A program made the position numbers and the translations under genes. A DNA stretch of 64,000 nucleotides from Botryllus schlosseri. Taxonomy: Eukaryota. The stretch spans positions 12,276,001-12,340,000 of the forward strand of contig CM119371.1 in assembly GCA_051294905.1 (NCBI GenBank). The letters run 5' to 3'. The notes under the pieces are model-generated. The model was not told where the DNA came from, did not search any database, and saw only the letters and a program-made list of their open reading frames with translations. Of this stretch, positions 44,999 to 56,979 are shown one piece after another; position 1 is the stretch's first letter; each line of letters starts with the position of its first letter.

Positions 44999-47328
44999 AT
45001 GGATCTTTATATTAGTAACGTTTTGCCGCAACTATCAGCTGAAACTGTAACTGAGGTGGAAAACATGGTGAAAGATATGGGCGTTGAAAAAGAGGAGGAT
45101 CTCAAGTTAGTCACTGAAGATGATCTTGCCTCAGTATTAAATCGGATATCTGCTAGAAAATTACTAGCAGCCTGGACCAACCTTCCGTCAAAAATCATCA
45201 CATCCTTCACAACAGAATCTGATTGCTCATTTTCTTCAAGCAGCGATATGTCTTGGTACACTGAGTTCAATGTCCCTTGGAATCAGTTCCCTCCAGACCT
45301 TATGGAGTGCTGCAGAAGTGGACGGCAGCCTACCAGTTGTGACAGAAGAGAGATGATCCGAGTCATTTCCAGTACTATATTACAAATTAGTGAAAAACCC
45401 AAGCGGAAAGAGTTGGAGTGTATTTGCCACGTGATCGTTAATCAGTACCCAAGAAGCTTCAAAGATATTGTTGATGGGCAAGTTATTGGCACTGGGCACT
45501 TGTCCTTGCTGAATCAACTGACTTACCGAATTGAGAATCTGCAAAGAAAACAGAAGAAATCAGCTCCCAGCAACAAAGGAGAAGAAAGGTTAGACCAATA
45601 TGGCTGTGTTAACTGGGCACCACCAGTACTAGAGCCTGAAACAGGCGAAGAGGACAGGGTATGGTTGCTTACAGAATCAGCGAAAAGTAAGCCTGACATG
45701 AAGCAGGTCATGACTCGCATGGAAAGGACTTACAGCTTGCAGAGGCGATATATCAATGATAATGCATCAGTTTCATCTCTAAAAAATGAATGGCCATTTT
45801 TGTTCAATGACCAGTGTATGCTTCAACATTATGCCTTATTGGTGGAAAAGAAAGATGCGAAGGCAAACTTTCTGGAAAATTTGGAAGTTCGGGGTAAAGA
45901 ACTGTTCAGGTATTTACGGACGATCCATTAAGCTATCCTATACATCGTTTAAGAAATGTGACAAGAACTTCTAGTTGCAATATATCACACTCAGAGTAAG
46001 ACAACTAGAAGATTTTCGAATTTTCTAAACTAGATTGGAATTATCGCTAAAGAGCATTTTCCAAATTAGATTAGAATTAGACTTAATAAATTTGCGAAAA
46101 CTTGAGAATTTAATCAAGTTCAGTTCTTATCAAATCAGAATTCATAAGCAGGAGCATGGCAAATGTCTGCACAGAGAGCTTAGCTCGGTTTGCACTATGT
46201 AGTTCTCCTGTAGCATTATCAGGAAAACCAGAAATTAGAATGAAGATTGAGCATAGAAACATTTCTCAAATTAGATTAGAATTTAATTACCTAGTTGTGC
46301 CAGATCTGATCACATTCGCGGGCCTAAAAGTTCAAAAGCTAACTGTCTTATCTTTGTTCAGAACTCTAGAAGATCCCGCCAAGCAGAGAAGCCTCAAAGT
46401 AGCTGTCATTCATAAGCTGCTTGAAATTAACATCAAATGTGTGAATGACAGAGAAAATATCAAGTCTAATGCACTGGTGGATCTGATATCTTGTTACTTC
46501 AAAGAACCAATTTCTGACTTGTATCATTGTCAGCCACAGGTAATGGAATCGATACAATCGCTGTGTTCTGTTTTTGAAATAAACTTTTTAATATAAAATT
46601 CTCCTGTATTTTTTTACTCGCAACATTTTATTTTGTCATAGAATTCCTACGGTACCTCATTTTAACAATCGTTGCTTAACTGCAGTTTTTCATTTCAGGA
46701 CTGCTTGGTCTCGGATCTATGTAAAGATGCACCGCCTCAGCCATTCATTGTTGTCATCGGTAGGTAATCATAACCAAGTGTTTTTTTTAGAAAAATTGGT
46801 CTCTGAATCAAAAGCCTTCAATACAGATTATTATATTGGTGCGTGTTAGAGAGAATCGATGACTAGGGGAAAATCTTTATGCATGTACCTACCATTGCAA
46901 TTATTGCTTCCAGAAGATATTTTTCTAAAACTATCGAGTTTTACTACATCATTGTGCTGCTTCCAAAGTTTATTTGACTCGTACACAACAAGCATATTTA
47001 TCAAATAGTAGACATTTTATCATCGATGTCTGATGAACTAATTGATGGTCTTGTTTCGGCGCCAGTAAATGCACACCACACCCCCTAGGAATTTTGACTC
47101 GCAAAAGTAGAGCAGCCCATCTAACTTCAACCTGATTAATTTTTAACTTTTGTTACTCTCAGGTACATCCATTTACAATGCTTCGAAATTTCATGTCTAC
47201 ATTGAGAGTCAACTGCATTATTCAACGACAACTCTTGCTGAAGCACTGGCCTATCAATTCTGTTCATTCTACGTACTGAACATTATGTATCCATCGAAAT
47301 GTCTGGCCACATATGAATTCATTCAAAG
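44999..47328 (+). CDS. SAM-domain (SAMD3-like) partner gene of the EnSpm element, multi-exon
   Basis: The N-terminal SAM-like segment reads DMGVEKEEDLKLVTEDDLASVLNRISARKLLAAW. The exons are 44999-45909, ~46290-46539, 46699-46759 and 47163-47328 (FCSFYVLNIMYP...YEFIQR). AATTAG MITEs disturb the first junction and the last exon. Confidence 0.8.
46000..46290 (+). repeat. AATTAG-rich MITE family fragment in the SAMD3-like intron
   Basis: Contains AAATTAGATTAGAATTAG and GAGCATAGAAACATTT units shared with 21392 and 47420. Confidence 0.7.
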
Positions 47329-47419
47329 GTGAGTTTTTCCTACCCATTATTAACATTGTCATGAGACTTTATAGGTGTTTACAAAGAAAAGTCTGAGAAC
47401 GCAAAAAATTGCAGCTCTC

Positions 47420-47753
47420 CCAAATTAGATTAGAATTAGAATCACTGAATTCACAACAACTTGAATATTGAACGAAATTGTTAATAGGAAATAAATAGAA
47501 TTAGAATTAAAATTAGAGCATAGGAGCAATTCACAAATTAGATTAGAATTAGAGCATAGAAACATTTCACAAATTCGGTTAAAATTAAATTACTGGCATT
47601 TCGCTCTAATTTAGTGAAACTAGACAACCAGAATTATCTATCCATTTCCAATGTGTAAGAAGTCTCTTGTCTCTGTAACAGTCTTGGACAACTAGAATTA
47701 TCTAGTAGTCCAAGTCTATTACAGAGACAAGAGACTGCTTACACATTGGAAAT
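47420..47753 (+). repeat. AATTAG-rich MITE end followed by a 110-bp hairpin (47644-47753)
   Basis: The arms read ATTTCCAATGTGTAAG...GTCTCTTGTCTCTGTAA / TTACAGAGACAAGAGAC...CTTACACATTGGAAAT. Confidence 0.85.
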
Positions 47754-48204
47754 ACCTGCACTAGTCCAGTAGCCTAATATGGCTTATCAAATGATCATAT
47801 ATATGACATTCTCACAAGTTCTAATGATAGTCAACTATGTAATTTGAAAGTATTGACTAAATTCTAATGTATCAGATTATTTCAGTAATTTTTATATAGT
47901 ACGTCTCCGAATAAATTTGTACGCTCCAAATAAATTTGGTGGGACATGTCTTGCTCCAGCCAACCTGTATCCGTGACTGATATCGAACCATTGTCACTCA
48001 AATGGGCCATATAGGATTGTATGTAGCGTTGGGACCCCGGGAAATCCCGATCCCGGGATCCCGGGATTTGAAGCAATCCCGATCCCGGGATCAATCCCGA
48101 TGAAATCCCGGGATTTGTAAACAGCATCTACCAAGGCTTACGTACCGCCATATCTCTTATTTTGGTAATAAAGCACTGTCACAAACTCGGCTGATTGTCT
48201 AAAA

Positions 48205-49557
48205 CAGTGGTCTCAAACATGCGGCCCGCGAGAACATTTTCTGCAGCCTGCGTCACAGCGTCAGCATTTTGAAATTTCAACTATTCGCCAATATTTAACT
48301 GGAAATTTCTTATTTCGGATTTGACAACTTAAAATTCACTCTAAACTCCAAACACCCGAATCGCTCTCACGTGTCATATGTCCGATAGCTGCAAACTTTT
48401 GGCGCAACAGTTTTTACGTTGATATGATGCAATTGTCGTCTCGTATGGTGTCTAACAGTGTTGGGATCAAGTCACTACTTTCGAGTCACGAGTCATTTCG
48501 AGTCATTGCACATTTCTACTCGAGTCAAGTGAAGTCAATCGATTTTCAAAGGGGACTCGAGTCAAGTTAACTCACTCGATTTTTGGAGGTGACTCGAGTC
48601 AAGTCGAGTCAAGTTAAGCCAAGTCAAGTCACGAGTCAAGTCACAATTCAAGTCAAGTTGCCTTTTCGAAGTATGAAGCATGATAACGTCATTGCATTTT
48701 GCTAGCTGTCTGAAATACAGATGGAGTGGTCATTGATATTGAACCGATGAACGAATATAAAGTTATATATACACGCAAAAAGACGCTGTATCGCTAACTA
48801 TACACCTCAGTTTATAGTTACCAGCCATGATAGTGAATAGATACCAATTGATAAGATGCAATACATTACGCATTTACAAATCGATATGATACAATTCGAG
48901 CCTGCGCCAATGGTTGAGGACTATATAAACTATATTCGACTTCAGTTTCAATATAAACAATAGGTTTGGTTAAGGTAAAAACAGAGAACAGAATTTACTT
49001 TACTATATTAGTTTATGACAACGTAAGCTGATGTCAGCTTCGATCACTTCGTTTGCGGTCAATTTATTTGTGAGAAAACAATGGAGGCTCATAATAACGC
49101 ACGATCATTAAATGATTGGTCGCTCTCACGTGTTACACCATCGTTTGGCGAACAATCCGAATATATGTAAGATACAGTGATTTGGATCGACAGCGATTAC
49201 TTGATGACTTGAAATTGACTCGCGCATTTTGCTCCGAGTCACGAATCAATCCACATTTGTGATAGGCCGAGTAAGGTCAAGTCAAGTCAATTTAGCAAAG
49301 TGACTCGAGTCCAGTCAAGTCATACAAAATAGGTGATTCGAATCGGACTCGCGTCAAGTCTTTTTCGTGGCAAACGGGAATATTACAATAGTGAATCAAA
49401 TTTTCACAATGTGTATGGACTGCCAGTCTGTGCAAGGCCCGTCAAATAAGGCCTATACTTGGAAATACATATTGTACCTCTATTTTATGCTGCGGCCCGC
49501 CGCGTCATCAGAAACTGCGGAATTGGCCCGCGAGCAAGTTCGAGTTTGAGACCAGTG
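48205..49557. mobile_element. Buster/Charlie-type MITE nested in 48024..49747
   Basis: The TIRs are CAGTGGTCTCAAAC / GTTTGAGACCAGTG (1 mismatch), with GCGGCCCGC subterminal motifs. The TSD is degenerate (GTCTAAAA/GTCGAGAC). Confidence 0.8.
48456..49360. mobile_element. GAGTC/CAAGT-repeat element nested in 48205..49557, right TIR lost
   Basis: It starts CAGTGTTGGGATCAAGTCAC, with dense GAGTC/CAAGTC repeats at both ends. Confidence 0.7.
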
Positions 49558-50103
49558 GTCGAGACGATGATACTCTTGCTGCTCTTATGTTTTGGGTCAA
49601 TAATACAAGGAATAAATGTTGTTTGTGTAGCTTGTATGTGTATTTTATTACTTTTCCAATCCCGGGAAATCCCGGGATTGAGAAGCGAGAATCCCGGGAA
49701 AATCCCGATCCCGGGATTTCAAATTTGATCCCGAAGTCCCAACCCTAATTGTATGTGAATTTCACTCTTGATTTTTTTTCTGTCTAGGTACTTTGCTGGC
49801 ATAAATCCGGAGGGAACAAGATCAAGCATGTCACGAAAGAGAGCAGCAGTCCATCCGAAGGTGCTTGGTCTAGTGAGACTGCTTTCTGGATGATGATGAT
49901 GACAATCATGACTTTCACCTATGATTGGCATTAAGCAGAACCATTGTGATTGGCATTTGGCAGTGACCAATAAAATTGCCAAAAGATTACAAGAGTGTGG
50001 TCATTGGGTGCCGTATATTTACGACAGGAAAGTAAACATGTGGTTAGTCAGTGGAAACAGTTATATGAAGAAAATACGGGCAAAGCGTTCTCAAATTTAC
50101 TAG

Positions 50104-50590
50104 TCTCAGGATTGTAAAACTGCTGCACTGGACCAGACCAGTATAAAGATATTACAGCTGTTTTCTGTTACCTTGGGTGACGGGAATTTTCCGTAAAATT
50201 ATTTTACTGGTCTCATGAACGTAAAACTGCTGCACTGGACCAAACCAGTAATTTGATATTACAGCTGTTTCCTGTTAACTTTATTCACAGGAAATGCCCG
50301 TGAAAAAAATTACGGTCAGTATTTTTAAAATTATAATACGGGAAAACATATTTCAAATTTACAGGTCTCAGGAACGTAAAACTGCTGCACTAGACCAGAC
50401 CAGTAATTTGGTAATACAGCCGTTTTCTGGTGCATCAGGTGACGGGAATTTTCCGTAAAAAATTTAACAGTCAGTCTTTGAAAAATTAAATTACGGTCAG
50501 TAATATTTACATGATTTTTTTTTCAAATTTACTGGTCTCAGAGCCGTAAAACTGCTGCAAGGACCAGACCAGTAATTTGGTATCGAATAT
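50104..50590 (+). repeat. Four EnSpm subterminal tandem units
   Basis: GTCTCA...GTAAAACTGCTGCACTGGACCAGACCAGTA recurs at ~50104, 50209, 50365 and 50535, just inside the terminal TTTTAACAGTG. Confidence 0.85.
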
Positions 50591-50658
50591 TTTTAACAGT
50601 GTATATTCCGTATAAACGAAAAAGGATCTTAAACACAAAGCCGTCTTTGTATATTCAG

Positions 50659-50799
50659 ACTCAGTGGAAAATACAGAAGCTGGTCATGTCGCCGGAAGCT
50701 ATGGGCGCAACGAAAAGAAAGTAGCTGAAATTGTCAATTCCCCGGTATTCCATCCCAAAGACTATTCTGTGAAGGCCAAGTTAATAGAAAAAATGACAG
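50659..50799 (+). CDS. Putative NLR exon B (not in the ORF track)
   Basis: The acceptor is CTTTGTATATTCAG and the donor is AG|GTAGGG. The exon is 141 nt, phase 1-1 and open: DSVENTEAGHVAGSYGRNEKKVAEIVNSPVFHPKDYSVKAKLIEKMT. It lies outside all mapped TEs. Confidence 0.65.
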
Positions 50800-51270
50800 G
50801 TAGGGAATTTTAGTTAAGTTGCAGTTGTGCAATGGCCTCCCAAAATGAGCCGCGCAATAATGCATTGTTTCGAACAAATAGCGCATATGCCGCATTCGTC
50901 AGTTGACAGTATAAAAGCAAATTTGATGATAAATAACAATCACGAGGACAACAAAGGTATTATTTTTAAAAGTAGTTAATGGAGCATCAGACTCAATACT
51001 GTTATCCTCATTCTCCATACCTGTTTGAGTCATCTAGTTCCGTCGTTTGCCTTTTTATAATCAACACTCAATCGTTTCACTTCAAAGGTTGTTGATGAAA
51101 ATTCAATATATTTGGGGCCCTTGTTTAAAACATGCTTTTTAATGTTTCTTCTAAAACATTATCTAACGAATATCCAATTGTGAGGTCACACTAGATTGGG
51201 ATTGACAATAGAAAATGTAGGGTAAATATAGCTCCGTTGACGAAATAGGCTTCAAACCCATGCCGAATAC

Positions 51271-52143
51271 CAGGGGTGGGCAAACTTTTGAGCTCGCGGG
51301 CTGCATTCAACATCTGAATCCATTCGCGGGCCGCACTACATAAAATTGGGATCATAAACCAATATTACTGGTATTTGATTATACAGTGAGGACATGGAGA
51401 TAATATATAGTATATGCTTATTTGAAACAAACCAAACATATTGCGATGATGATATCGTATACGCGCCAGAAACAGTGGCGAGATTTCATAGGCTGGTCGA
51501 CCTCAATAACCAATTTGTCAAAACTATAGAGATGAAAGTCTGTTGTCCCGATTCTTAGAACAGGATTGAAATTTAAATCTGTGAGCAGTGATCAGTTCAT
51601 AGATTTACTAATTCAGCTTTAGGTTCAGTTCCAGGACACACAATGCTGACAGCATCATAACCATGTTAGCTTCAAACACGCTTCTACTATATGTGTAGAT
51701 TTCGCGCCCCCTTATCGCCATATCACAAAACGCAATCAGGATGCTATAACAAACCTAACGGATTGTTTGGTAGCATGGGAGGTTACGTTAATGATGAGAG
51801 ATTTTTAAAAAAGAAATTCATACAAAATACAGAGCACTAATTAGGAATTGGAAGGACATCGCGCGAAGCGCGAAAAAAAATTCAGTTGAGCTTAGCTTCG
51901 CGATCCCCTTCAGATGCTTTCATGACCCCACGGGGCACGCGTCCCCTACGTTTAGACCAACTTCCTTAGAATTATCATGGTGAAATATACTAAGAAAAAG
52001 TTTAATCAAGTCCCTACATGAATTCGATTTTTTAGTACGCATTTTATCAATATTTTTAATAAGTTTCTTTAGACTCTCGCGGGCCGCACAGAACGGCGTT
52101 GCGGGCCGCATGCAGCCCGCGGGCCGTAGTTTGCCCACCCCTG
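51271..52143. mobile_element. Buster/Charlie-type hAT MITE (873 bp)
   Basis: The TIRs are CAGGGGTGGGCAAAC / GTTTGCCCACCCCTG. The TSD is CCGAATAC/CCGTATAC (7/8). Confidence 0.93.
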
Positions 52144-52404
52144 CCGTATACTGACCAGAAATATTCGTAACCTTCGCTATGTCGTCAGGGGACATTTTAC
52201 GGTCGATGGTCATCATATTCAGAACATTCATTCCGTACGAACGATCTCTATGTACGTACTATAGCTGTTGAACTGACTATTTCGAGGGTTCAGCCATTCC
52301 ATATCGTATACGTCGGCTATACCGGGTGTAAATCGTCCGTAGGCTCATACTACATGTTTTTGGAAAGTATTTACACAATTATGGCACATTAATAGAAATC
52401 AAAA

Positions 52405-52603
52405 GCGACTGGCGCAGTTGGTTAAACACTGCAGTCACGACACAAATGGACGCGGGTTCGAAACCCGGTTATGACAAACTTCTACGTGTCGGAGATTTCT
52501 CTGGGCTCCTCATCGCCGACCTCGCTATTACGGTAGTGCACTGAGAAGCCCAGACTGAAAGTGAGCCGTGCTATAAGTTAGCAGCAGAGACCTCTATGTG
52601 GAC
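52405..52603 (+). repeat. tRNA-derived SINE, interrupted at its 3' end by the hATm-like element
   Basis: The A box is TGGCGCAGTTGG and the B box is GGTTCGAAACC. The body is related to the SINE at 41745-41975. Confidence 0.75.
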
Positions 52604-55233
52604 TAGGGTTGTTCAAAATTTGGAAAATGTTTGGAATTATGCGTGTCCATCGATTATTCTGTAGATTATTGTTAAAAAATAATAATGGGCTTGAAAGAAG
52701 CTCCCTGGAAAGCCGCTAACATTTGTCTAAATGCGTTTGAAAGTCGTCGTTGAAGAGTGGGCGGGCAACCGACAGCGGAGGCGGGCAATCATGAAATCAC
52801 GGTTCTTGATTGGGTAATCGGCTAAGCTTAACTGATTACTGCAACAGCTGACTCAGATTCGGGAGCCTCGCTTTACTAATTTGAAAGTCTGTTTTGCTGA
52901 GGTAGGTCTGTTAGTAGCGGTTGTGGTTCTGTACATGCGCGTTGTGGGTTGATGAGTCATTAGTAGTACTGTAACACGTGTTCTTTGAATGCTTCAGAGT
53001 CGATAGCAGTAGTTTATGATTTGGAGCAACAATAGTGCAGTCATGGCAGAGGCAAAACGGCGAAAGATTGCACACATGCCGCAGCGAAGAACAAGATCCA
53101 AATCTGAGCAGTACTTGGTCGGATATACTTGCGATTACATCTGTGGCTCGAGATTACCTACTATACGAGAAGTAATGAGTTTCTTGCTGCATCTGAAAGA
53201 GCATTGTCCTCAGTCAACCCCTACTCATGAACTATGTACTGTGGTGGTGGATGATGTAATGACAGTGTTAAAAATGGCGAGAATTGCGACAATGCAGAAA
53301 TCACATGTGGTGCGATCTCTTCAAAACCTGCACGAAAGATGACGTGATCTGAAGAAGAATCCGAAACAGGAAAGTGATCCCAAGGGTAAGAGGAGAAAAT
53401 TCACTGATAATTTGGACATGCTGTGGGATATTGGAAGTAGAGATGCCATAACAACAATAAAAATGACATTTATCTACCACATGAAAGAAAGCTTGAAGAC
53501 ATTGCATTTTATAAAGATCAACGGCAATCTCGCCAGTCAATAATGTTGGGAAGAGACAAAATTCTGGCTAAGACCTCAAAAAGAAAACAGCAGCTCTGCA
53601 GATCAAACTGTTGAAAACGTTTCACACGACTCAAGTTGTGACTATGTTGTTTTAGCATCATCGTCATCTTCAAAAGAGGGTGACAGTTTGAGTTCAAGTT
53701 CTGACTATGATGTTGGACTTGGCACCTCGACCCAATCCATTAAACTGATGGCAGCTAAAAATATTATGAAAAATACGCATGTGTCCCAAGCTCTGGATCG
53801 ATTGCAAGTAGCCTAACTGACAACGATGCTGATGGGAGCATTTATTAAGGCTTGTGGAGGAGATATAGCCATGTTCTCCCTGTCAAGATCTGCAACGAAG
53901 AGAGCCAGAGAAACAAATCGCCTGGAAATATCTCAGGACATTTTGGAAAAATTTGCATCGGTCGTGATGCAGAGATTCATCCAGGACATGTTGAGTTACA
54001 AGGAACATGACGTACAAGTTTCCAAAGCTGCTTCACAAAAGCTTTTAAAGCATGACTGGTATATCGCTGGAAACCGCTGTATATGCCTTGTTTTCGCCGA
54101 GTGAAAGCAATGAAACCCGAGAAAATATGGCAAATACGCTCCTGCAGGTAGAACGAACTTTCAAGTTTCAGGAGAGGCCCGCCCTCGTTGAATGCAACAT
54201 TACACATCAACAAGGACACTACTTTGTCTGATTTTATTGGGCCACAGTCGTGGTACATATTTGATGTTTTTGAATGCTCTGGGGCGTGGCTAGCTCAACC
54301 GGTTGATGTTTGGCCCTTATCAGATTCCTACACCAGAATGAGCTCCTACATCAGTTCTGTCAAAGTCGTTAATGATGCCGCAGAACGAGGTGTAAAGCTA
54401 AGCACAGACTATGCTGCAATCTTGACTGACAATGAACAACAAAGAGACAGTCTGCTTCAAGCTGTGGAACAGCATAGAAAGACACTTGGAAACAGCAGGA
54501 AGTCAACTCTAATCAAAAGCCTGTAATCTGCAACTTGTGCCTAACAATGCAACACTGATCTGCAACGTACTTTTTTAATGTCTTTTGTAAATAGTGCTTT
54601 TCGCCTTCATTCAATTGTGAATAAAAAGTGTAATATGCGTTCGTTTATGGGTGAGACGACTAGTCATAACAAGTAGGCTTCTACTGAGATGTTGACTCCT
54701 GGTGGTAAATTTTTGAGTATCACTCACTGTCAGTAACTTTAGGAACTTAGGTTAAGGTAGCAAGATGCATGAATCTAGTTCATTCGTATCTCAACTAGCG
54801 AGAGCACCTGTGCAATACATAGCACTATCTGCAGGTAGATATTAACTTAGGCGGCTTCAATGTTGTTCTATGGACTCCTGATGACAACATTAACAAAGGC
54901 AATATATCATGTCTGTAATGACACCAACAGAAACGACTGCACAACAGCACGCAAAAATCGTTACCAGCAGTGTTCACAAAGTCGGTCTTTCAGCCAATCA
55001 TTAGCTTATTATTACCGGCTTCAACCAATCAGGATTAATGGTTTCTCTTTGCCCGCCCACTTCATCAATTCCCCGCCCACTCTGCGACGGCTACTTTCAA
55101 ACGCATTTAGACAAATATTACCGGCTTTTCTGCGAGCTTCTTTCAAGCCCATTATTGTTTTTTAACAATAATCTACAGAATAAGCGATGGACACGCAGAA
55201 TTCCAAACATTTTCCAAATTTTGAACAACCCTA
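52604..55233 (+). mobile_element. hATm-like transposon, 2.6 kb, internally deleted
   Basis: The ~200-bp TIRs begin TAGGGTTGTTCAAAATTTGGAAAATGTTTGGAA. It has a perfect 8-bp TSD (ATGTGGAC). Confidence 0.93.
53043..54526 (+). pseudogene. hATm-type transposase remnant lacking the central catalytic region
   Basis: Contains RLPTIREVM...KMARIAT...LDMLWDIG, KHDWYI and VKVVNDAAERGVKL...LTDNEQQRDSLLQAVEQHRK. The subfamily name is from recollection of these motifs plus the TAGGG TIR and 8-bp TSD. Confidence 0.75.
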
Positions 55234-56979
55234 ATGTGGACCTATGTGAGCGAGAGAGAATGAAGAATGACTGCGAGAGAGATTGAATAACGTTTCCAAT
55301 AATACAGAAAAAAAGCAAATACCTATGAACATTATGAAATTCGCGTCGTGGAGCACAAGGCCTACAAATGCGATAAGCTCCACTGAGTTGTGTCCAATAT
55401 CGCATACACAACATATTTTTTTAAATGTCTTTGTTTAAAACACTGTTTAAAAGAGGTTATATACAAAGTGCTTTAAGCAATCATTTGTTTTCAATGCAGC
55501 CGTAAATATACTTGAAGGTAATAAACAGACGGTTCTCAGCCAACTTCTCTTCGCTAAGCATTTTAGTAACATGAATGATAACCTAATGTGTGATTTTCTG
55601 AGGAGTTTCGGTAAATCATTTCGACCCAATTTCGAGCAGCAGTAATGTCATAGTAACTGTAAGTGGGAGTAGAAAATCCAAGCCTGCAAAGTACTTAGGT
55701 CATTCCGAAAAGTGGATCTAATCGAGGTGTCTCATAATTTGAGCAGTTAATCGAAGGGAGCCGTATTTGAACTGGCCAGGTACCCGCTCGCGACTAAAGA
55801 AAAATGACTATTGTATGTATTAAGGTGGGCCTAAATATATATATTTATACATTTTTATTTTTTTTATTTTCACTGCGTAATATAGCGTGTCCTAAACGCG
55901 TAGGCAAAATGTCCAACCTATAAAAGGTATCATAACTAAGGACAGAGGAAGACATCCAATTCCCAGTAGATTGCTTGTAAACAATTTTGCCTTTATTCAA
56001 ACCACGTACTGCAACGCGCCTGTTCGTAATACGCAATGTGATTGGCTACCAAGACTCTCGCCAACCGATAAGGCCGAGTGCAACTAGAATTGTGTAGAAT
56101 TCTCCACGAGCATGCCAAGTGTCCGAAAACACGGTCGGATCTCGGATGGCAACAAAGGCAGTGGAATCAGTTCTTGCAAAGCCTTCTACATAAAAGGTTT
56201 GCAATATAACGCCCAATATTCCTAAATTTTAAATTGAAAAGTATCATTCTGGAAGGACTCAACCTAATCTCCGCGAAACTGATTTGTGGCATAGAAACTG
56301 TACAGAGCCTCATACGAAAAATAACGGAATAAAGTGGCTCAAGACTGTTAGGTTTTCACAACTCCAACTGCAAATGACATCACTTAATTTTTGTTACTTT
56401 TATTCCTACTGCAATGAAATAGAATTTACAATTGAATAATATATTCATATTCAAACAAACCAGAATATTTACGTCTGATACTGATCAAGGGTAATCTTTG
56501 GCAACTATGAATTGATAAGAACAATGTATGTATATCAACGACGGTGTCACCAAATATTACGTCACCGACATGAAATTTAAATATTCAATGCGTAGAGATC
56601 GTTTAAGCTCAATTTACTATCTTAGATGGTACACGAGCTCCTTCTGTAGGTATAGACTTGGCGTATTTTGACATAAGTCAACTCCAAGGCACACAAATTA
56701 AATTGAAAACGAAATCTGTCGCCTCGATAATTATTCAACAAATGTTTGTCAATGGCAGAATTCATGGCCTTTGCCCGATCTGATTTAAACTTCAGGGGAT
56801 GAGTGAGGAGTTACAACGTGTGCTAATCAATCTGGGGACATGCTGTTATCTACGTTCCTGTACACTTGCCAAAGTATGTAATTACAAATTGTTCCCAAAT
56901 ACCTCCAATTAAGTAGTAAACACAATATTTGACAGTTATTTTGACCGTGGATCATTGACGAAAATATATTTTTATTCAG

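Larger units (their letters stand above)
48024..49747. mobile_element. hAT MITE with ATCCCGGG repeats
   Basis: The TIRs are TAGCGTTGGGAC / GTCCCAACCCTA, with a perfect 8-bp TSD (ATTGTATG). Confidence 0.93.
37417..50601 (+). mobile_element. CACTA/EnSpm (CMC) element, ~13.2 kb including nested insertions
   Basis: The left end CACTCTTAGAAATATTCG matches the reverse complement of the right end, CACTGTTAAAAATATTCG, at 16/18. TA flanks both ends. It has right subterminal tandem repeats and encloses the transposase and a SAMD3-like gene. The left end is less certain than the right. Confidence 0.65.

Noticed and set aside
46156-46596. 146-aa standalone protein
   Set aside because: It is a chimera of AATTAG MITE sequence, a real SAMD3-like exon (~46290-46539) and intron read-through.
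47882-48127. Gly/Pro-repeat protein (also 34360..34668 and 21659..21925)
   Set aside because: The frames arise from TE subterminal repeats (ATCCCGGG, CCGGAT, ACTCCG).
50104-50590. CRISPR-like repeat/spacer appearance
   Set aside because: The context is eukaryotic, the unit spacing is irregular (~105-170 bp), the 'spacers' are similar to each other, and the array abuts a CACTA terminus. These are subterminal repeats.
52405-52470. tRNA gene
   Set aside because: It has A and B boxes but no convincing cloverleaf, and it continues into a body shared with another copy at 41745-41975. It is a SINE head.
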